Notes: generated by a model not told the origin, from the letters alone. A stretch of 64,000 bases of DNA from an uncultured cyanobacterium (GCA_963803805.1 CAWDOD010000007.1:211717-275716); one strand, 5' to 3'; positions 1-11,155 are shown, counted from the first letter of the stretch. Numbers and translations: made by a program.

Positions 1-2
1 AG

Positions 3-179
3 AGTCCCAAGTTAGGAGTAAGAATCTTGATTGAGAATGATAATAAGTTACTGTTACCAGGGGGTGAAGGTTATGCCCATATTAAAACTGGCAAGATGCC
101 TATTTATAAAAAAGTTAACCATGAGTTGAGTAAGTTAATTGATTTGGGTAAATATTTCCCTTGGTTAACTGGTGAATGA
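3..179 (+). CDS. 3' end of a probable HlyD/efflux periplasmic adaptor protein (partial, runs off the window)
   Basis: Frame 3 reads SPKLGVRILIENDNKLLLPGGEGYAHIKTGKMPIYKKV...TGE* (TGA 177-179). It resembles the V-x-I-x-N...L-x-PG-x-x-G-x-A-x-I C-terminus of membrane fusion proteins. Confidence 0.55.
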   Translation, partial: SPKLGVRILIENDNKLLLPGGEGYAHIKTGKMPIYKKVNHELSKLIDLGKYFPWLTGE

Positions 180-249
180 AGTTTTTCACTTTCCTTAAGC
201 TGTTAATGATATTAAACGAGCTGTTCGAGAACGAGCAAAATATCTCTTT

Positions 250-681
250 TACTTAGCTATTAACGAATTTCTTGAATTTGACAACTATAAATTACGATCT
301 GCTGGTAAAAAGTGGGAAGTTTACGAACTAGGTGCTTCTCAAATTGATTTGTCACATCCCTACGAAAATTCAGTTCAAATAACACACATTTTTATTGACG
401 AACAAAATAAAAAGAGTTCAAAAACATTTGAATCTTTCCCCCGGACAGGAAAAATTTCCAGAATGTTTGCGGAAAATTCTATCAGGGCTAACAAACATAA
501 TCTCTGGCCTGGCTACTTTGCGAAATACTATGAGTGATTCTCATGTTATATCCTATAAACCATTAAACCATCAGAGCATCACGCAAGGTTAGCTTTTAAT
601 TCGGCTAAAACACTTTGTTACTTTCTATTTGAAACGAAAGAGTATCAAGTGCAGAAGAAAAACGTATCATCTAATAGCTAG
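250..681 (+). pseudogene. Abortive infection family (Abi_C-type) pseudogene
   Basis: Fragments read ...NEFLEFDNYKL...HIFIDEQ / KRVQKHLNLSP...ILSGLTNIISGLATLRNTMSDSH...KP / SEHHARLAFNSAKTLCYFLFET. The LRN..SDxH...HHA.LA.N pattern is typical of Abi_C. The gene is broken by an apparent internal deletion near 405 and an 8-bp duplication TAAACCAT at 556-571. Confidence 0.7.
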
Positions 682-733
682 AAGTTTATGGAAAAGCTTG
701 GTAAAATGAATAATCACTCAAACAAAATTAGAA

Positions 734-1198
734 ATGGTTGCTCATTATTATTATTATTGCTGTTCCCTTCCCTTAGAATCTGGTAGTATTATAAAACCGG
801 GAAATTGGGGAAGAATAATGAAAAAATATACTCCTCACACATCGCCAAACATTTTGACTTTGACAAGAGAGCTAATATTTGAACAAGTAAGGTTTAAATA
901 TTTCTCAGGAAAGCCAAGCCGATTTGAGTCGATTTTTATCTGTCCTGATGAAGATACTATTATTAATTTTAGAAATACTTCTAATAGAGTATTAGATATA
1001 ATTTACAAAGTAGAATTGGTTGATAGTGACGAACCCCAGCACAGGGGAGACTATAATAGAGCGGCTGACATTAGATCAGATGATAACTTTAAATCTATAG
1101 AAGAAAAAGCAAAAGATTACTGGCAGGGCAACGATATTTCAAATGTAGAACTAGTTACAACAAGTAGAATAAGAATAGTTGAAATGACAAGAGAATAG
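734..1198 (+). CDS. DUF2441-like protein (predicted ADP-ribosyltransferase-like fold)
   Basis: Motif RELIFEQVR..YF..KPSRFESIF, IYKV, YWQG and a terminal E-L-V strand. Confidence 0.6.
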   Translation: MVAHYYYYCCSLPLESGSIIKPGNWGRIMKKYTPHTSPNILTLTRELIFEQVRFKYFSGKPSRFESIFICPDEDTIINFRNTSNRVLDIIYKVELVDSDEPQHRGDYNRAADIRSDDNFKSIEEKAKDYWQGNDISNVELVTTSRIRIVEMTRE

Positions 1199-1537
1199 TT
1201 GGCAATATGAGGAGCTATCAAAAAACGAATTGCTCAGCCTATTTTTTATTCATGCAGTAGTCGCTTTTTACTTTTAATGCAATTACAACAAGACTATTAA
1301 AACAATCTCAAGATGCGAGTTTGTGGATAGTCATTAAATCTTTGGCGTTGGTCAATAAAGGTATGAAAACAAAAACTTAATGATCTGAAGTATTTGCAAT
1401 TCAACGGTTTGGTGATCGCCAGCAAATAACAATCATACTCAAAATTACCAACGCCAAATCTTTTAAGAGCTTCCTGAAAATGATAATGTAAATCTTTCAC
1501 CCTGAGCAGCAAACCAAAGACAAGCAAAAATATCTTC

Positions 1538-1632
1538 AGTCATCTTCAAGATGACTACCAACTCCTAGGATGTCCCTAAGAAAAAGTGCAACCCATTCAT
1601 AAAAACTACCTCCTAGTCATCTGAAGATGACT
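1538..1632. repeat. Pair of REP-like palindromes
   Basis: AGTCATCTTCAAGATGACT (1538-1556) and AGTCATCTGAAGATGACT (1615-1632). Confidence 0.7.
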
Positions 1633-1698
1633 TTTGCTATGAGGCGGCAAATTCATTTGTAGGCGGTATTTTAATAATAGAATTCCAAAATAATTGTT

Positions 1699-1832
1699 TA
1701 TAGCAGTTCTCAAATTCATGAGGTACATTTGGTCTATTTCCATATTTCTACCAACCACTAGCTACTAGTCACTAGCAAAAGCGCAAAAACCAGAATCTAT
1801 GCTGTACCTCACAAGTCTTAGAATTGCCATAT
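1699..1832. mobile_element. Miniature inverted-repeat element (MITE-like)
   Basis: Left TATAGCAGTTCTCAAATTCATGAGGTACA versus reverse complement of the right end TATGGCAATTCTAAGACTTGTGAGGTACA. TA ends and internal CCACTAG-type heptamers. Confidence 0.65.
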
Positions 1833-1846
1833 ACCTAATTAATATA

Positions 1847-3988
1847 TTATCCCTTCTCTTCCTTCTTTAAACGTCGCCACCAAGCCCTAACTAAACTAAT
1901 TTCCTCATAACTATAAAAATCCCCGATCGCCTCGCGAATCGCTTTCAAAGAATCTGCTCCCACTTTTTCAATCCCTACCATAATTACCTCTTGCTTCTCC
2001 TTCACCACCAAACGCTGCAAATCCACAGGCTGATTTAACTCAATTAACTCACATAAATGGTTAACAATTGTCCGGGGGGTAAAACCTCTTTTTTTCGCTA
2101 TTTCTTCCACCTCTAAACCCTGTTGAAATAAACCTAATGTATTCATTTGTGTATCAGTAGGCAGGGCTTCCGGGGGTTGCTGTTCCTGACAAAAGGCGCG
2201 AATCTCTGAGACAAAGCGATCGCCATATTGCTTTAGCTTGTAATCCCCCACACCAGAAATCTTGCCAAACTCCGGTAAGGATTGGGGTTGCTTTTGCGCC
2301 ATTAATTTTAAAGTAGAATCCCCAAAAACCACATAGGGAGGAATACCTTGATGATCGGCAATTTGTTTCCTTAATCGACGCAAGCGCCCAAATAGCAACT
2401 CCGCTTCCATTGTGCTGGGATTAGCATCTGTAAGCTCCTTGGAGGCTGGTTTTTTGGTGATGGCAATGTTTACCTGGCGTTGACTCCGCAACACCTCCCA
2501 ACTACGCTTATTTAACTTGAGGATGCGATAACCGTCGGTGGTTTGGTTAACTAAGCCTTGATGGAGAAGCGATCGCGCTAACATTTTCCAAGCATCAGCC
2601 GTCTTATCTTTACCAATACCGTAGGTAGAAAGGAGGTGATGTCCGTATTGCTGCACCTTTTGTTTTTTGGAACCCCGCAACACATCAATAATGTGGTTTG
2701 TACCAAACTTTTCTCGACACCGGGCTACACAGGAAAGAAATTTTTGTGCTTCAGTCGTCCAATTTTCAATAGGTTTGGGGTTGCGACAGTTATCGCAGTT
2801 GCCACAATCGCCTTTGAACCTTTCTCCAAAATAACCTAAAACAATCGTGCGGCGACAGTCTGTACCTTCAGCATAATCAATAATCTGACTTAGTTGTTGT
2901 CGCGACACCCTCTGTTCATTGGGGTCTGGTTTTTGAGCAATCAGATAATCTATTCTGGGAATATCTCCAGGGCTGTAGAAAAAGAGACAATCTGCTGGTT
3001 CACCATCCCTACCTGCCCTGCCGGATTCTTGATAATAACCCTCTAAATTTCTGGGTAGATCGTAGTGGATGACAAAGCGCACATCTGGTTTGTCAATACC
3101 CATACCAAAGGCGATGGTTGCCACCATAATTCTCACATCGTCCCGAATAAAGCGGGTTTGGTTGCTTGCGCGAGCCTCAGATTGCATTCCTGCATGGTAG
3201 GGCAGGGCTTCAATACCATCACTTTGTAAACGGTTAGCTGTTTCTTCTACTTGACGACGACTGAGACAATAAATTATTCCTGAACCTTGGCGACTTTGCA
3301 CTGCTTTTAATAACTGCCCATAGCTATTGCGCTGTTTCGGTTGTACTTCATAATAAAGGTTAGGACGATCAAAACTAGCAAGATGGATGCTAGGTTCTTT
3401 TAAGCCAAGTTGCTGGACAATATCTTCTTTTACTCGCTTTGTTGCTGTGGCGGTGAGGGCAATAACAGGAATTTTGGGGTAACGCTTTCTCAAAAGCCGA
3501 AGCTGGCGGTATTCTGGCCGAAAATCATGACCCCATTCGGAAACGCAATGAGCTTCATCAATGGCAAATGCAGAGATACCTAATTGCATAGATACTAAAT
3601 CCAAAAAAGGCAGAAACCTCTCCCCCAATAACCTTTCCGGGGCAACATAAAGTAACTTGATCTTCCCTGCCAAAATTTCCTGTTCTCGCTCTCGTATTTC
3701 CCTACTGCTTAAACTACTATTAAGGAAAGTTGCTCCAATGCCGTTGTCATACAAGGTATCTACTTGGTCTTGCATCAAAGCAATTAGGGGAGAAACCACC
3801 ACACTTAAACCAGGTTTCAACAAGGCTGGTAACTGGAAACAAAGAGACTTCCCCCCCCCTGTGGGCATAATCACCAGTAAATCTCGATCTTGCAGTGCTT
3901 CTAGGACAATTTGACGCTGCCCTGGACGAAAATTCTCGTAACCGAAGTAATGTTTGAGGTCTTGCTCCAGAGATTGCAACTGGTACAT
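1847..3988 (-). CDS. recQ: ATP-dependent DNA helicase RecQ
   Basis: [37 protein letters not shown], Zn-binding [14 protein letters not shown] and a C-terminal HTH. Confidence 0.98.
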   Translation of the reverse strand: MYQLQSLEQDLKHYFGYENFRPGQRQIVLEALQDRDLLVIMPTGGGKSLCFQLPALLKPGLSVVVSPLIALMQDQVDTLYDNGIGATFLNSSLSSREIREREQEILAGKIKLLYVAPERLLGERFLPFLDLVSMQLGISAFAIDEAHCVSEWGHDFRPEYRQLRLLRKRYPKIPVIALTATATKRVKEDIVQQLGLKEPSIHLASFDRPNLYYEVQPKQRNSYGQLLKAVQSRQGSGIIYCLSRRQVEETANRLQSDGIEALPYHAGMQSEARASNQTRFIRDDVRIMVATIAFGMGIDKPDVRFVIHYDLPRNLEGYYQESGRAGRDGEPADCLFFYSPGDIPRIDYLIAQKPDPNEQRVSRQQLSQIIDYAEGTDCRRTIVLGYFGERFKGDCGNCDNCRNPKPIENWTTEAQKFLSCVARCREKFGTNHIIDVLRGSKKQKVQQYGHHLLSTYGIGKDKTADAWKMLARSLLHQGLVNQTTDGYRILKLNKRSWEVLRSQRQVNIAITKKPASKELTDANPSTMEAELLFGRLRRLRKQIADHQGIPPYVVFGDSTLKLMAQKQPQSLPEFGKISGVGDYKLKQYGDRFVSEIRAFCQEQQPPEALPTDTQMNTLGLFQQGLEVEEIAKKRGFTPRTIVNHLCELIELNQPVDLQRLVVKEKQEVIMVGIEKVGADSLKAIREAIGDFYSYEEISLVRAWWRRLKKEEKG

Positions 3989-4058
3989 AGGAGATTTTTG
4001 CTCTGATGACTGGAGTTATTCTACCAAATTAAGACCTTGCTATTTAATTGTTATTATC

Positions 4059-4110
4059 TTGACCTCCTCCCACCGCCAAGCCCTCTATTCTTGGGGCTAT
4101 GGTGGGGTTC
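4059..4110. mobile_element. Hairpin resembling an IS200/IS605-family end (remnant)
   Basis: TTGACCTCCTCCCACCGCCAAGCCC...GGGGCTATGGTGGGGTT with nested stems CCCACC/GGTGGG and AGCCC/GGGCT. No transposase is adjacent. Confidence 0.4.
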
Positions 4111-4195
4111 ACCTGCACGAAGATAGATAAAATTTTCTTCTTCTTTTTAATTTCAAGTGTCATTTTTCCCTATCATTTTCAGTACAGCTTGAGAA

Positions 4196-5869
4196 TCAAA
4201 TCTGTGAAAAACTGTAGATAGTTTGGGTTTCCAAATTGCCAAATAATTGGGAAGGTTTACTGGTTAAAGAAAAATGCTGTCTGTCTAACTTAATTTGTAA
4301 ACTTGTCATCGGATCACAACTGGGGGCGATTAAAAACTCTAAACGTTTAATACTAGGCCAAGTAACGAGATGATCAAGTATTTGGGCGATCGCCTCCAAG
4401 TAAGGATGATTTTTATCTTGATACCAATTACTATCAGCTAGTTGAGGTTGATCAAAACCGAGATGAACAGTTAAATTTGGTTGGCTAAACAGGGCTAAAG
4501 CTACGGGTCTAGCTTCTTCTTGCAATAAGAGGTTATGGCATTGAGCTAAATAACGTAATTTCTCTAAACGTTCATAGCCTGCTGTAATAGGTAACATTTC
4601 ATCTTGCCAGTCAAGGGCTACGGTGACTAAATAAGTTTGTAATAGTAAATGTCCCAGCTTGCTAGCTTTGGTAGCTAAGTAGGTAGAATTATAATCAGTA
4701 GACTCGATCAATAAAGGAACCCTATCGACAACTTCCAAACCATAACCTTTCAACCCCGCTATCTTACGAGGATTATTGGTAATCAAACGAATTTGCTTAA
4801 CCCCCAAATCATTAAGAATTTGCGCCCCCATACCATAGTCTCGTAAGTCAGCAGGAAAACCCAAACGTTCATTAGCTTCTACGGTATCTAAACCCAAATC
4901 TTGTAAGGAGTAGGCTTTCAATTTGTTGATTAAGCCAATGCCTCGCCCTTCTTGACGCAAGTAAACTACCACCCCCACCCCCGCAGCTTCAATCATTTTC
5001 AAAGCAGATTGTAGTTGCCCCCGACAATCACAACGCAGGGAACCTAAAGCATCTCCGGTTAGGCATTCTGAGTGCATTCGCACCATAATGGGATAGTCTT
5101 TAAACTGCACTGGATTACCCTTGACAATAGCCACGTGTTCTGTATCATCCAGGGCATTATGATAGGCGTAAATTTGGAAATCACCAAAGAGAGTAGGGAG
5201 TTTAGTAACGGTTTCCCGAAAGACAAAGCGATCATGTTTTAAGCGGTAGCTAATTAAATCCGCAATGCTAATTAGTTTTAAATGATGTTTTTGGGCATAT
5301 TCTTTTAACTCTGGCAACCTCGCCATAGACCCATTAGGATTCTGGATTTCGCAAATCACCCCCGCAGGATATAACCCAGCTAACCTGGCTAAATCAACTC
5401 CAGCTTCTGTATGTCCTGCCCTTTTCAACACCCCACCTTTACGGGCGCGGAGGGGAAAGATATGGCCAGGACGGCGTAAATCTTCAGAACGAGTAGCCGG
5501 GTTAATAGCGATTTGAATAGTTTTGGCCCGATCTTCGGCGGAAATACCTGTAGTTACTCCTAAGTTAGGGGCCGCATCAATACTAACAGTAAAAGCAGTT
5601 TGATTACTATCAGTATTTTTATTCACCATCAAAGGTAAATCTAGTTCATCAAGGCGATCCCCTGTCATAGCCAAGCAAATTAAGCCCCTGGCTTCCACAG
5701 CCATAAAATTGATGTTATCAGGGGTAGCAAATTGGGCGGCACAAATTAAGTCCCCTTCGTTTTCCCGATTTTCATCATCTACTACCACAACAGAAAGCCC
5801 AGCTTTGATATCTGCTAGGGCAGAGTCAATAGAGTCAAATTTAAAAGAGTTATTTTGAGGCGATTCCAC
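4196..5869 (-). CDS. ribBA: Bifunctional DHBP synthase / GTP cyclohydrolase II
   Basis: DDENRENEGDL, RAGHTEA, RMHSECLTGDALGSLRCDC, QEGRGIGL and a cyanobacterial C-terminal extension. Confidence 0.98.
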   Translation of the reverse strand: MESPQNNSFKFDSIDSALADIKAGLSVVVVDDENRENEGDLICAAQFATPDNINFMAVEARGLICLAMTGDRLDELDLPLMVNKNTDSNQTAFTVSIDAAPNLGVTTGISAEDRAKTIQIAINPATRSEDLRRPGHIFPLRARKGGVLKRAGHTEAGVDLARLAGLYPAGVICEIQNPNGSMARLPELKEYAQKHHLKLISIADLISYRLKHDRFVFRETVTKLPTLFGDFQIYAYHNALDDTEHVAIVKGNPVQFKDYPIMVRMHSECLTGDALGSLRCDCRGQLQSALKMIEAAGVGVVVYLRQEGRGIGLINKLKAYSLQDLGLDTVEANERLGFPADLRDYGMGAQILNDLGVKQIRLITNNPRKIAGLKGYGLEVVDRVPLLIESTDYNSTYLATKASKLGHLLLQTYLVTVALDWQDEMLPITAGYERLEKLRYLAQCHNLLLQEEARPVALALFSQPNLTVHLGFDQPQLADSNWYQDKNHPYLEAIAQILDHLVTWPSIKRLEFLIAPSCDPMTSLQIKLDRQHFSLTSKPSQLFGNLETQTIYSFSQI

Positions 5870-6155
5870 TAGATAAAAATAAAATAAGGGGAAGTAGGGG
5901 GGGAGTAGAAACAGAAAGTGAACGGTAATAGCATGGAGTCATGCAATAAGGTTCATTTATCATTTTATCTTCTCAAACCTAGGATTATCTGAAACAAACT
6001 AATTAATTTCTCTCTTCCCTTCTCTGGTGCTTCCTACTCCCCACTCCCTACTTTTGAAAATTAAATACTCAAAAAGGCAGTTTTGGTACTAAAATGCAGC
6101 AGAGCAAGAGATTTAAGAGTAATAGCAGATCAAAGAGTACCTAGGGGTTAAGCTT

Positions 6156-7214
6156 ATGGTTGATTCAGAACGCCTGTCAGTAGGAATTGTCGGCGCTTCC
6201 GGTTATGGTGGCGTACAGCTTGTCCGACTCCTTAGCGATCATCCTCAAGTTGAGATTGTTTATTTAGGGGGAGATAGTAGCGCCGGCAAGTCTTTTGGTG
6301 ATATTTATCCCCATTTAGAACATTGCTTTGATAAAACTATTGAAGCGGTTAACTTAGATGAAATAGCTTCCCGTTGTCAGGCAGTTTTCCTGGGTTTGCC
6401 TAATGGGCTAGCCTGCGATATCGCCCCGACGTTATTGGCCAAAGGTTGTCGCGTTTTGGATCTTTCAGCCGATTATCGCTTTGATAACTTAGATACTTAT
6501 AGTGCTTGGTATAAAAAAGAGCGCAGTGATTATGAAACGGCGGGTAAGGCGGTTTATGGCTTGCCGGAATTATACCGGGATAAGATTCGTGGGGCGCAGT
6601 TAATTGGTTGTCCTGGTTGCTATCCTACCGCCAGTTTGCTTGCTCTTTCCCCTTTGTTGAAACAGGGTTTGATTTTGCCAGAAACAGCTATTATTGACGC
6701 TAAATCCGGGACTTCTGGGGGAGGAAGACAGAAGAAAATCAACTTACTCTTAGCCGAGGCAGATAATTCTTTTGGGGCTTATGGAGTAGCCGGACACCGC
6801 CATACTCCTGAAATTGAAAGAATTTGTAGTGATTTAGCAGGGCATGAGGTTAGGGTACAATTTACTCCTCACCTGATTCCGATGGTACGAGGTATTCTTT
6901 CTACGGTATATGCCAATTTGCGAGATCCTGGATTAGTGCGAGATGACCTATTAACTATTTACAAGGCTTTTTATCGTAATTCTAACTGTGTCAAGGTTTT
7001 ACCTAATGGAGTTTATCCCCAAACTAAATGGGCTTATGGGACAAACCTTTGTTATATCGGTGTAGAAGTAGATCCTCGCACAGATAGGGTGATTGTCATG
7101 TCAGCTATTGATAATTTAATCAAGGGTCAAGCAGGGCAGGCAGTGCAATGTCTGAATTTAATGATGGGTTGGGATGAGATGTTGGGGCTACCTAAGTTGG
7201 CTTTTTACCCTTGA
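6156..7214 (+). CDS. argC: N-acetyl-gamma-glutamyl-phosphate reductase
   Basis: [33 protein letters not shown]. Confidence 0.98.
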   Translation: MVDSERLSVGIVGASGYGGVQLVRLLSDHPQVEIVYLGGDSSAGKSFGDIYPHLEHCFDKTIEAVNLDEIASRCQAVFLGLPNGLACDIAPTLLAKGCRVLDLSADYRFDNLDTYSAWYKKERSDYETAGKAVYGLPELYRDKIRGAQLIGCPGCYPTASLLALSPLLKQGLILPETAIIDAKSGTSGGGRQKKINLLLAEADNSFGAYGVAGHRHTPEIERICSDLAGHEVRVQFTPHLIPMVRGILSTVYANLRDPGLVRDDLLTIYKAFYRNSNCVKVLPNGVYPQTKWAYGTNLCYIGVEVDPRTDRVIVMSAIDNLIKGQAGQAVQCLNLMMGWDEMLGLPKLAFYP

Positions 7215-7240
7215 TTTTGTTAATAGCTAGCTGCTAGCAA

Positions 7241-8082
7241 TTAGCGACTTTCCACCACCTGTAAACGTTGAGAAACAATAGTCATACCGTCGCTGCGAAT
7301 TAAGATGGCAGAAATCCAGCGACTACCTGTTTCTAAAGGGGCCCTACCTACTTTATAAATGCCTCCGCAGGTAGTAAATCTAACTCAAACTGACTAGGAT
7401 CAGTGTAGCGTTGTGGATTTACTCCTTCATCTAAAGCGATGCCTAAAAGGATGTCATCTCCTAAAGGTTCAGTGACAACAGCATCAAAGAAAAATTGCCG
7501 CCCTGCCCTGACTGTTTGGGGTAAATTAATCTCAACTTGGGGAGGGTTATTTCCGGAGGTTAAAACAGTTTTCTCTTCTAAAACATCTTGACGGACAATT
7601 TGATTATTTTCCCAATATTGCCGCGATCGCAAAGTTGCTTCTAAGTTGGTGGTTTTTCCCTGAACAGCTTGAATACCGTTGATATATGTAGTTGTTTCGA
7701 CCACGATTTGATTGTTCTGCTGTTCCCAGGAATTAAGTTCTGTACGGTAACTTAGTTGGGGATAGCGTGTCCATAATTCATTGATCCCCGCCATCAGATC
7801 AGCGCGATTTAAACCATCAGAATTGACAAAATTAGGGCTGTAAAACTGTTCTACTTGTTCAGCATTTTTAGTATTAGCCGACATTTCCATTGTGGCAAGA
7901 AGTTCTTTAACTTCTTGAGGGGCGCTTTCTGGGCTATCGGCCCGGACAACCTCTGCTAAAGTTACGATTAAGCTTAAACTTAAGAGTAGAGAAAAAGACC
8001 AATTTAAGGGTGCAAAACGAAGTTTAGCTTTGCGTTGGCTTAATTTTTGTAGAGAATGGCTAGCAAAAGGTATTTGGGACAT
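7241..8082 (-). CDS. Exported NTF2-like cyanobacterial protein, with a 1-nt deletion frameshift near 7365
   Basis: Signal-like hydrophobic stretch and an FYSPNFVNSDGL NTF2-like core. Adding one G turns ...LLPAEAFIK* into ...LLPAGGIYKVGRAPLETGSRWISAILIRSDGMTIVSQRLQVVESR* (stop 7241-7243). Start codon uncertain. Confidence 0.75.
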
Positions 8083-8155
8083 CAATGATAGTTGGGATAA
8101 TAGAACAATGGTCATTGGTCGTTTATGTAGAGTTGAATTTTAACAGATAAAGCTT

Positions 8156-9241
8156 GTGTCTAAAGCACCGATTCGATTATTAATAGCTGCTAGTGGTACG
8201 GGTGGGCATTTATTCCCCGCCGTGGCTGTGGCAGAACAGTTGAGAGATTACAAAATTGAGTGGCTTGGAGTACCAGATCGTTTGGAAACAACTTTAGTTC
8301 CTAAACAATATCCTCTCCATACTATAGCTGTTACAGGTTTTCAAAAGGGGCTGAGTTTGAGTAGTTTGGGTATTTTCCAGAAACTGGCTTTTTCAGTTTT
8401 GGAGGTACGACGTTTATTAAAAACACGCCAATTTGATGCTGTTTTTACTACCGGAGGTTATATTGCCGGACCAACAATTATGGCAGCCCGTTTAGCCGGT
8501 GTACCAGTTATTCTCCACGAATCCAATGCTATCCCTGGTAAAGTGACTCGTTTGTTTGGCCCTTTTTGCGATCGCGTGGCTTTGGGTTTTGCGGATGCTG
8601 CTTCTTTTTTAAGTCGTTCTCGCACAGTTTGGGTAAGCACCCCGGTTAGGGAAAATTTTCATACCCATCAAGAATTAGATTTACCAATTCCTAAATCTAT
8701 TCCTGTGATTGTGGTGGTGGGAGGTTCCCAAGGGGCCGTAGCCCTTAATCAAATGGTACGCCAATGCGCTCCTATTTGGTTCAAAACTGGGGCAATGGTA
8801 GTTCACCTCACCGGAAAACAAGACCCCGATGCCGATAGTTTACAGCATCCTCAATATCTTGCTTTACCTTTTTATGACAACATGGCAGCCCTGTTACAAA
8901 GGGCTGATTTAGCCATTAGTCGCGCTGGGGCAGGAACTTTAACGGAGTTAGCGGTGACTAAGACACCAGCTATTTTAGTTCCTTATCCCTATGCAGCAGA
9001 AGACCACCAAGCTTATAATGCTAAGGTGTTTGCTAAAGCTGAGGCAGCTTATGTTTATGATCAAGCTACTTTAACCCCCCAGAAGTTGGCAGATCGGGTA
9101 TTAAGCTTGCTAGAGTCCCCGGAAAAGTTAGAGGAGATGGGACGAAAAGCAGAAACTTTGGCTGTGAAAGATAGTGCGGAGAAGTTGGCTTATTTGTTGC
9201 GTTCTGTGGTTAAGGAGAAAAGGGAAAAGGTTAAGGGGTAA
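8156..9241 (+). CDS. murG: UDP-GlcNAc:lipid I GlcNAc transferase
   Basis: SGTGGHLFPA, GGY, HESNAIPG, GGSQGA, ISRAGAGTLTE, DHQAYNA. Confidence 0.98.
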   Translation: MSKAPIRLLIAASGTGGHLFPAVAVAEQLRDYKIEWLGVPDRLETTLVPKQYPLHTIAVTGFQKGLSLSSLGIFQKLAFSVLEVRRLLKTRQFDAVFTTGGYIAGPTIMAARLAGVPVILHESNAIPGKVTRLFGPFCDRVALGFADAASFLSRSRTVWVSTPVRENFHTHQELDLPIPKSIPVIVVVGGSQGAVALNQMVRQCAPIWFKTGAMVVHLTGKQDPDADSLQHPQYLALPFYDNMAALLQRADLAISRAGAGTLTELAVTKTPAILVPYPYAAEDHQAYNAKVFAKAEAAYVYDQATLTPQKLADRVLSLLESPEKLEEMGRKAETLAVKDSAEKLAYLLRSVVKEKREKVKG

Positions 9242-9248
9242 AGGGCAA

Positions 9249-9331
9249 CTAGTAGTCTGTCAATTGGAAATTTAAGGATTAGGGGTCAGTAATCCTTGTA
9301 ACCCCAAAATTATAGGCTGACACACTACTAG
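9249..9331. mobile_element. Short MITE-like element bounded by CTAG
   Basis: CTAGTAGTCTGTCA...TGACACACTACTAG inverted ends and an internal hairpin AAGGATTA..TAATCCTT. Confidence 0.6.
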
Positions 9332-9387
9332 CAACTAGCGATTAACAAATGGAACAATTCCCTAGCTGCAAATATCTATGTTAACAG

Positions 9388-10437
9388 ATGGTTGATATAC
9401 AGATATTGATGGTGAATACTCTTACTATGCACCGATTACAAAAGCGATATAAAAGACTGCTTTTGTTTTTTCCTAAGCTAGTTTTTCCTTTCGCTGTGTT
9501 AGCTTCTTTGGGGCTTCATGGTGCGGTTTTGATGTTGCCCTTAGAAGAGAAGCCAGAGGAAGAAGTTGTTGAAGAAGAGTTAATTGAAGATGTTCCCATT
9601 GCAATTTTCGATGCTCCTTCTGATGCAGAAACTAAACCTAATAATAAAGAAATACCATTGCCAGCTTTTCCTTCTCCTCCTCGCAAAACGGTTTCTCCTG
9701 TTCAGCCTACACCAGTTAAGGAAGAAGTTGTTACTGAACCAACTGAGGTTGAAACAGTTCCTGATTTAGATAAAAAAGACGATTCATCTACAAATAAGTC
9801 TAATTCCAAAGCCCCAATTAGTTCAGATTCAGAAGAGGATAATGGAAATGAATCTGATGACGATGGGGGAGATAGTGGTAAAAAACAAGTAGATAAAGAG
9901 GCTAAGACAAAAGCAGAACAATTTGTAAATAACTTTGCTCCTACTGATTCTACAGGAGTAGAAAAACCATATTTTTTTGAAGCATATATTAGATCTAAAA
10001 TAGACCCTTTGAAACAATCAAAGAAAGAGAAGGAAAAGTCAAAAGAGCATATACAAGAATTAGAAAATCAGATACGAGAATTAGAAAATCAGATACGAGA
10101 ATTAGAAAATCAGATACGAGAATTAGAAAATCAGATAAAATTATTTTTCCCTCTCTTTGATAAAGATATGACGGAGAAAAATTGGTTTGAAGATCGAGAA
10201 GCAAGTATCATTAACATAGGATTAGTTCCTGAAAAAACTCTAAAAGAAGTATTTGAAAAAGAGATAGCTCCTCAACTAAAAGCTAACGGTTCTACTTATG
10301 AAAAAAAGGATGAAGGATATGCAGGAGGCGATCTGTATCAAATAAAAGATACTGATTATTATATTGTTGTAGTTCAACTAAAAGGTCCTGGTAAATTAGT
10401 TCTTTGGGCATATTTAGACAAATCTTCTCTAGAATAA
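9388..10437 (+). CDS. Hypothetical membrane-anchored protein with a Pro/Glu-rich linker and a heptad repeat
   Basis: TM segment LASLGLHGAVLMLP (TonB-like SxxLH anchor), acidic linker, (ELENQIR)x4. Start uncertain. Confidence 0.75.
   Translation: MVDIQILMVNTLTMHRLQKRYKRLLLFFPKLVFPFAVLASLGLHGAVLMLPLEEKPEEEVVEEELIEDVPIAIFDAPSDAETKPNNKEIPLPAFPSPPRKTVSPVQPTPVKEEVVTEPTEVETVPDLDKKDDSSTNKSNSKAPISSDSEEDNGNESDDDGGDSGKKQVDKEAKTKAEQFVNNFAPTDSTGVEKPYFFEAYIRSKIDPLKQSKKEKEKSKEHIQELENQIRELENQIRELENQIRELENQIKLFFPLFDKDMTEKNWFEDREASIINIGLVPEKTLKEVFEKEIAPQLKANGSTYEKKDEGYAGGDLYQIKDTDYYIVVVQLKGPGKLVLWAYLDKSSLE
10057..10137 (+). repeat. 21-bp coding tandem repeat, about 3.9 copies
   Basis: GAATTAGAAAATCAGATACGA repeated perfectly. 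Confidence 0.95.
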
Positions 10438-10458
10438 AAGACTAAATATTATTTGGTT

Positions 10459-10526
10459 TAGGTTGGGTTAGCCGTAAAGATATATAGCAGGAAACACGAC
10501 AATTTTTGTGTTGCCGTAACCTAACA
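10459..10526. repeat. REP-like element (TAGGTTGGGTT...AACCCAACA type)
   Basis: TAGGTTGGGTTAGC...GTAACCTAACA. A related copy GTAGATTGCGGTTGAG..GAAACCCAACA lies at 55526-55557. Confidence 0.55.
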
Positions 10527-10681
10527 AAAAACTACGCATTCAAAAGTTACCAAATATCAACTTATAATCTTTTAAAAGCTTGATTTTTATGATGTGATCG
10601 CAAATTAGCAACCTTAAAAAGTTAATGGTTTCTCAAGAGAGTTTACTAAAAAACCAGGGATAACGTCGTATTACCAAAATA

Positions 10682-11155
10682 TTAAAAACCAGCGATCGCT
10701 CCTAAATTTCCTTGCACTGCCTTCAAATAATCAACTGGAGAAAGTAAAATCAAGGTTCCACGTACTCCAGCAGAAACAGTTACTTTCTCAAAAACTTCTA
10801 TGGTTTCATCAACATAAACAGGATAATCTTTTTTACTAGCCAAAGCTGTTACTCCGCCGCGAATGTATCCTGTTAAAGATTGTACTTCCTGGAGGGGAAC
10901 CATTTCTACTTTGCGATCGCCTATTAATTTTGCTAAGGCTTTGAGGTTAAGGTAGGCATTTCCTGGTATAACAGCAAAATAGATATTATTGGTATTACTA
11001 CGAACAACTAAAGTTTTGAATACTTGTTCCGGGGGAAAACCAAGTTTCTGGGCTGTAGTTTCTGCGGCGAGATCTTCAGTATCAACCTCGTAATCAAGAA
11101 GTTGATAAGTAATACCAAGGTTATCTAATAATCGGACAGCGTTGGTTTTTTTCAT
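10682..11155 (-). CDS. ybaK: Cys-tRNA(Pro) deacylase
   Basis: KTNAVRLL, QVFKTLV, TGYIRGGVT, SAGVRG. Confidence 0.92.
   Translation of the reverse strand: MKKTNAVRLLDNLGITYQLLDYEVDTEDLAAETTAQKLGFPPEQVFKTLVVRSNTNNIYFAVIPGNAYLNLKALAKLIGDRKVEMVPLQEVQSLTGYIRGGVTALASKKDYPVYVDETIEVFEKVTVSAGVRGTLILLSPVDYLKAVQGNLGAIAGF

Noticed and set aside
1297-1527. 76-aa minus-strand ORF
   Set aside because: Non-ATG start and no recognisable motif; cannot be supported.
10057-10137. 21-bp repeats as a CRISPR array
   Set aside because: No spacers; it is an in-frame coding tandem repeat and there are no cas genes in the window.
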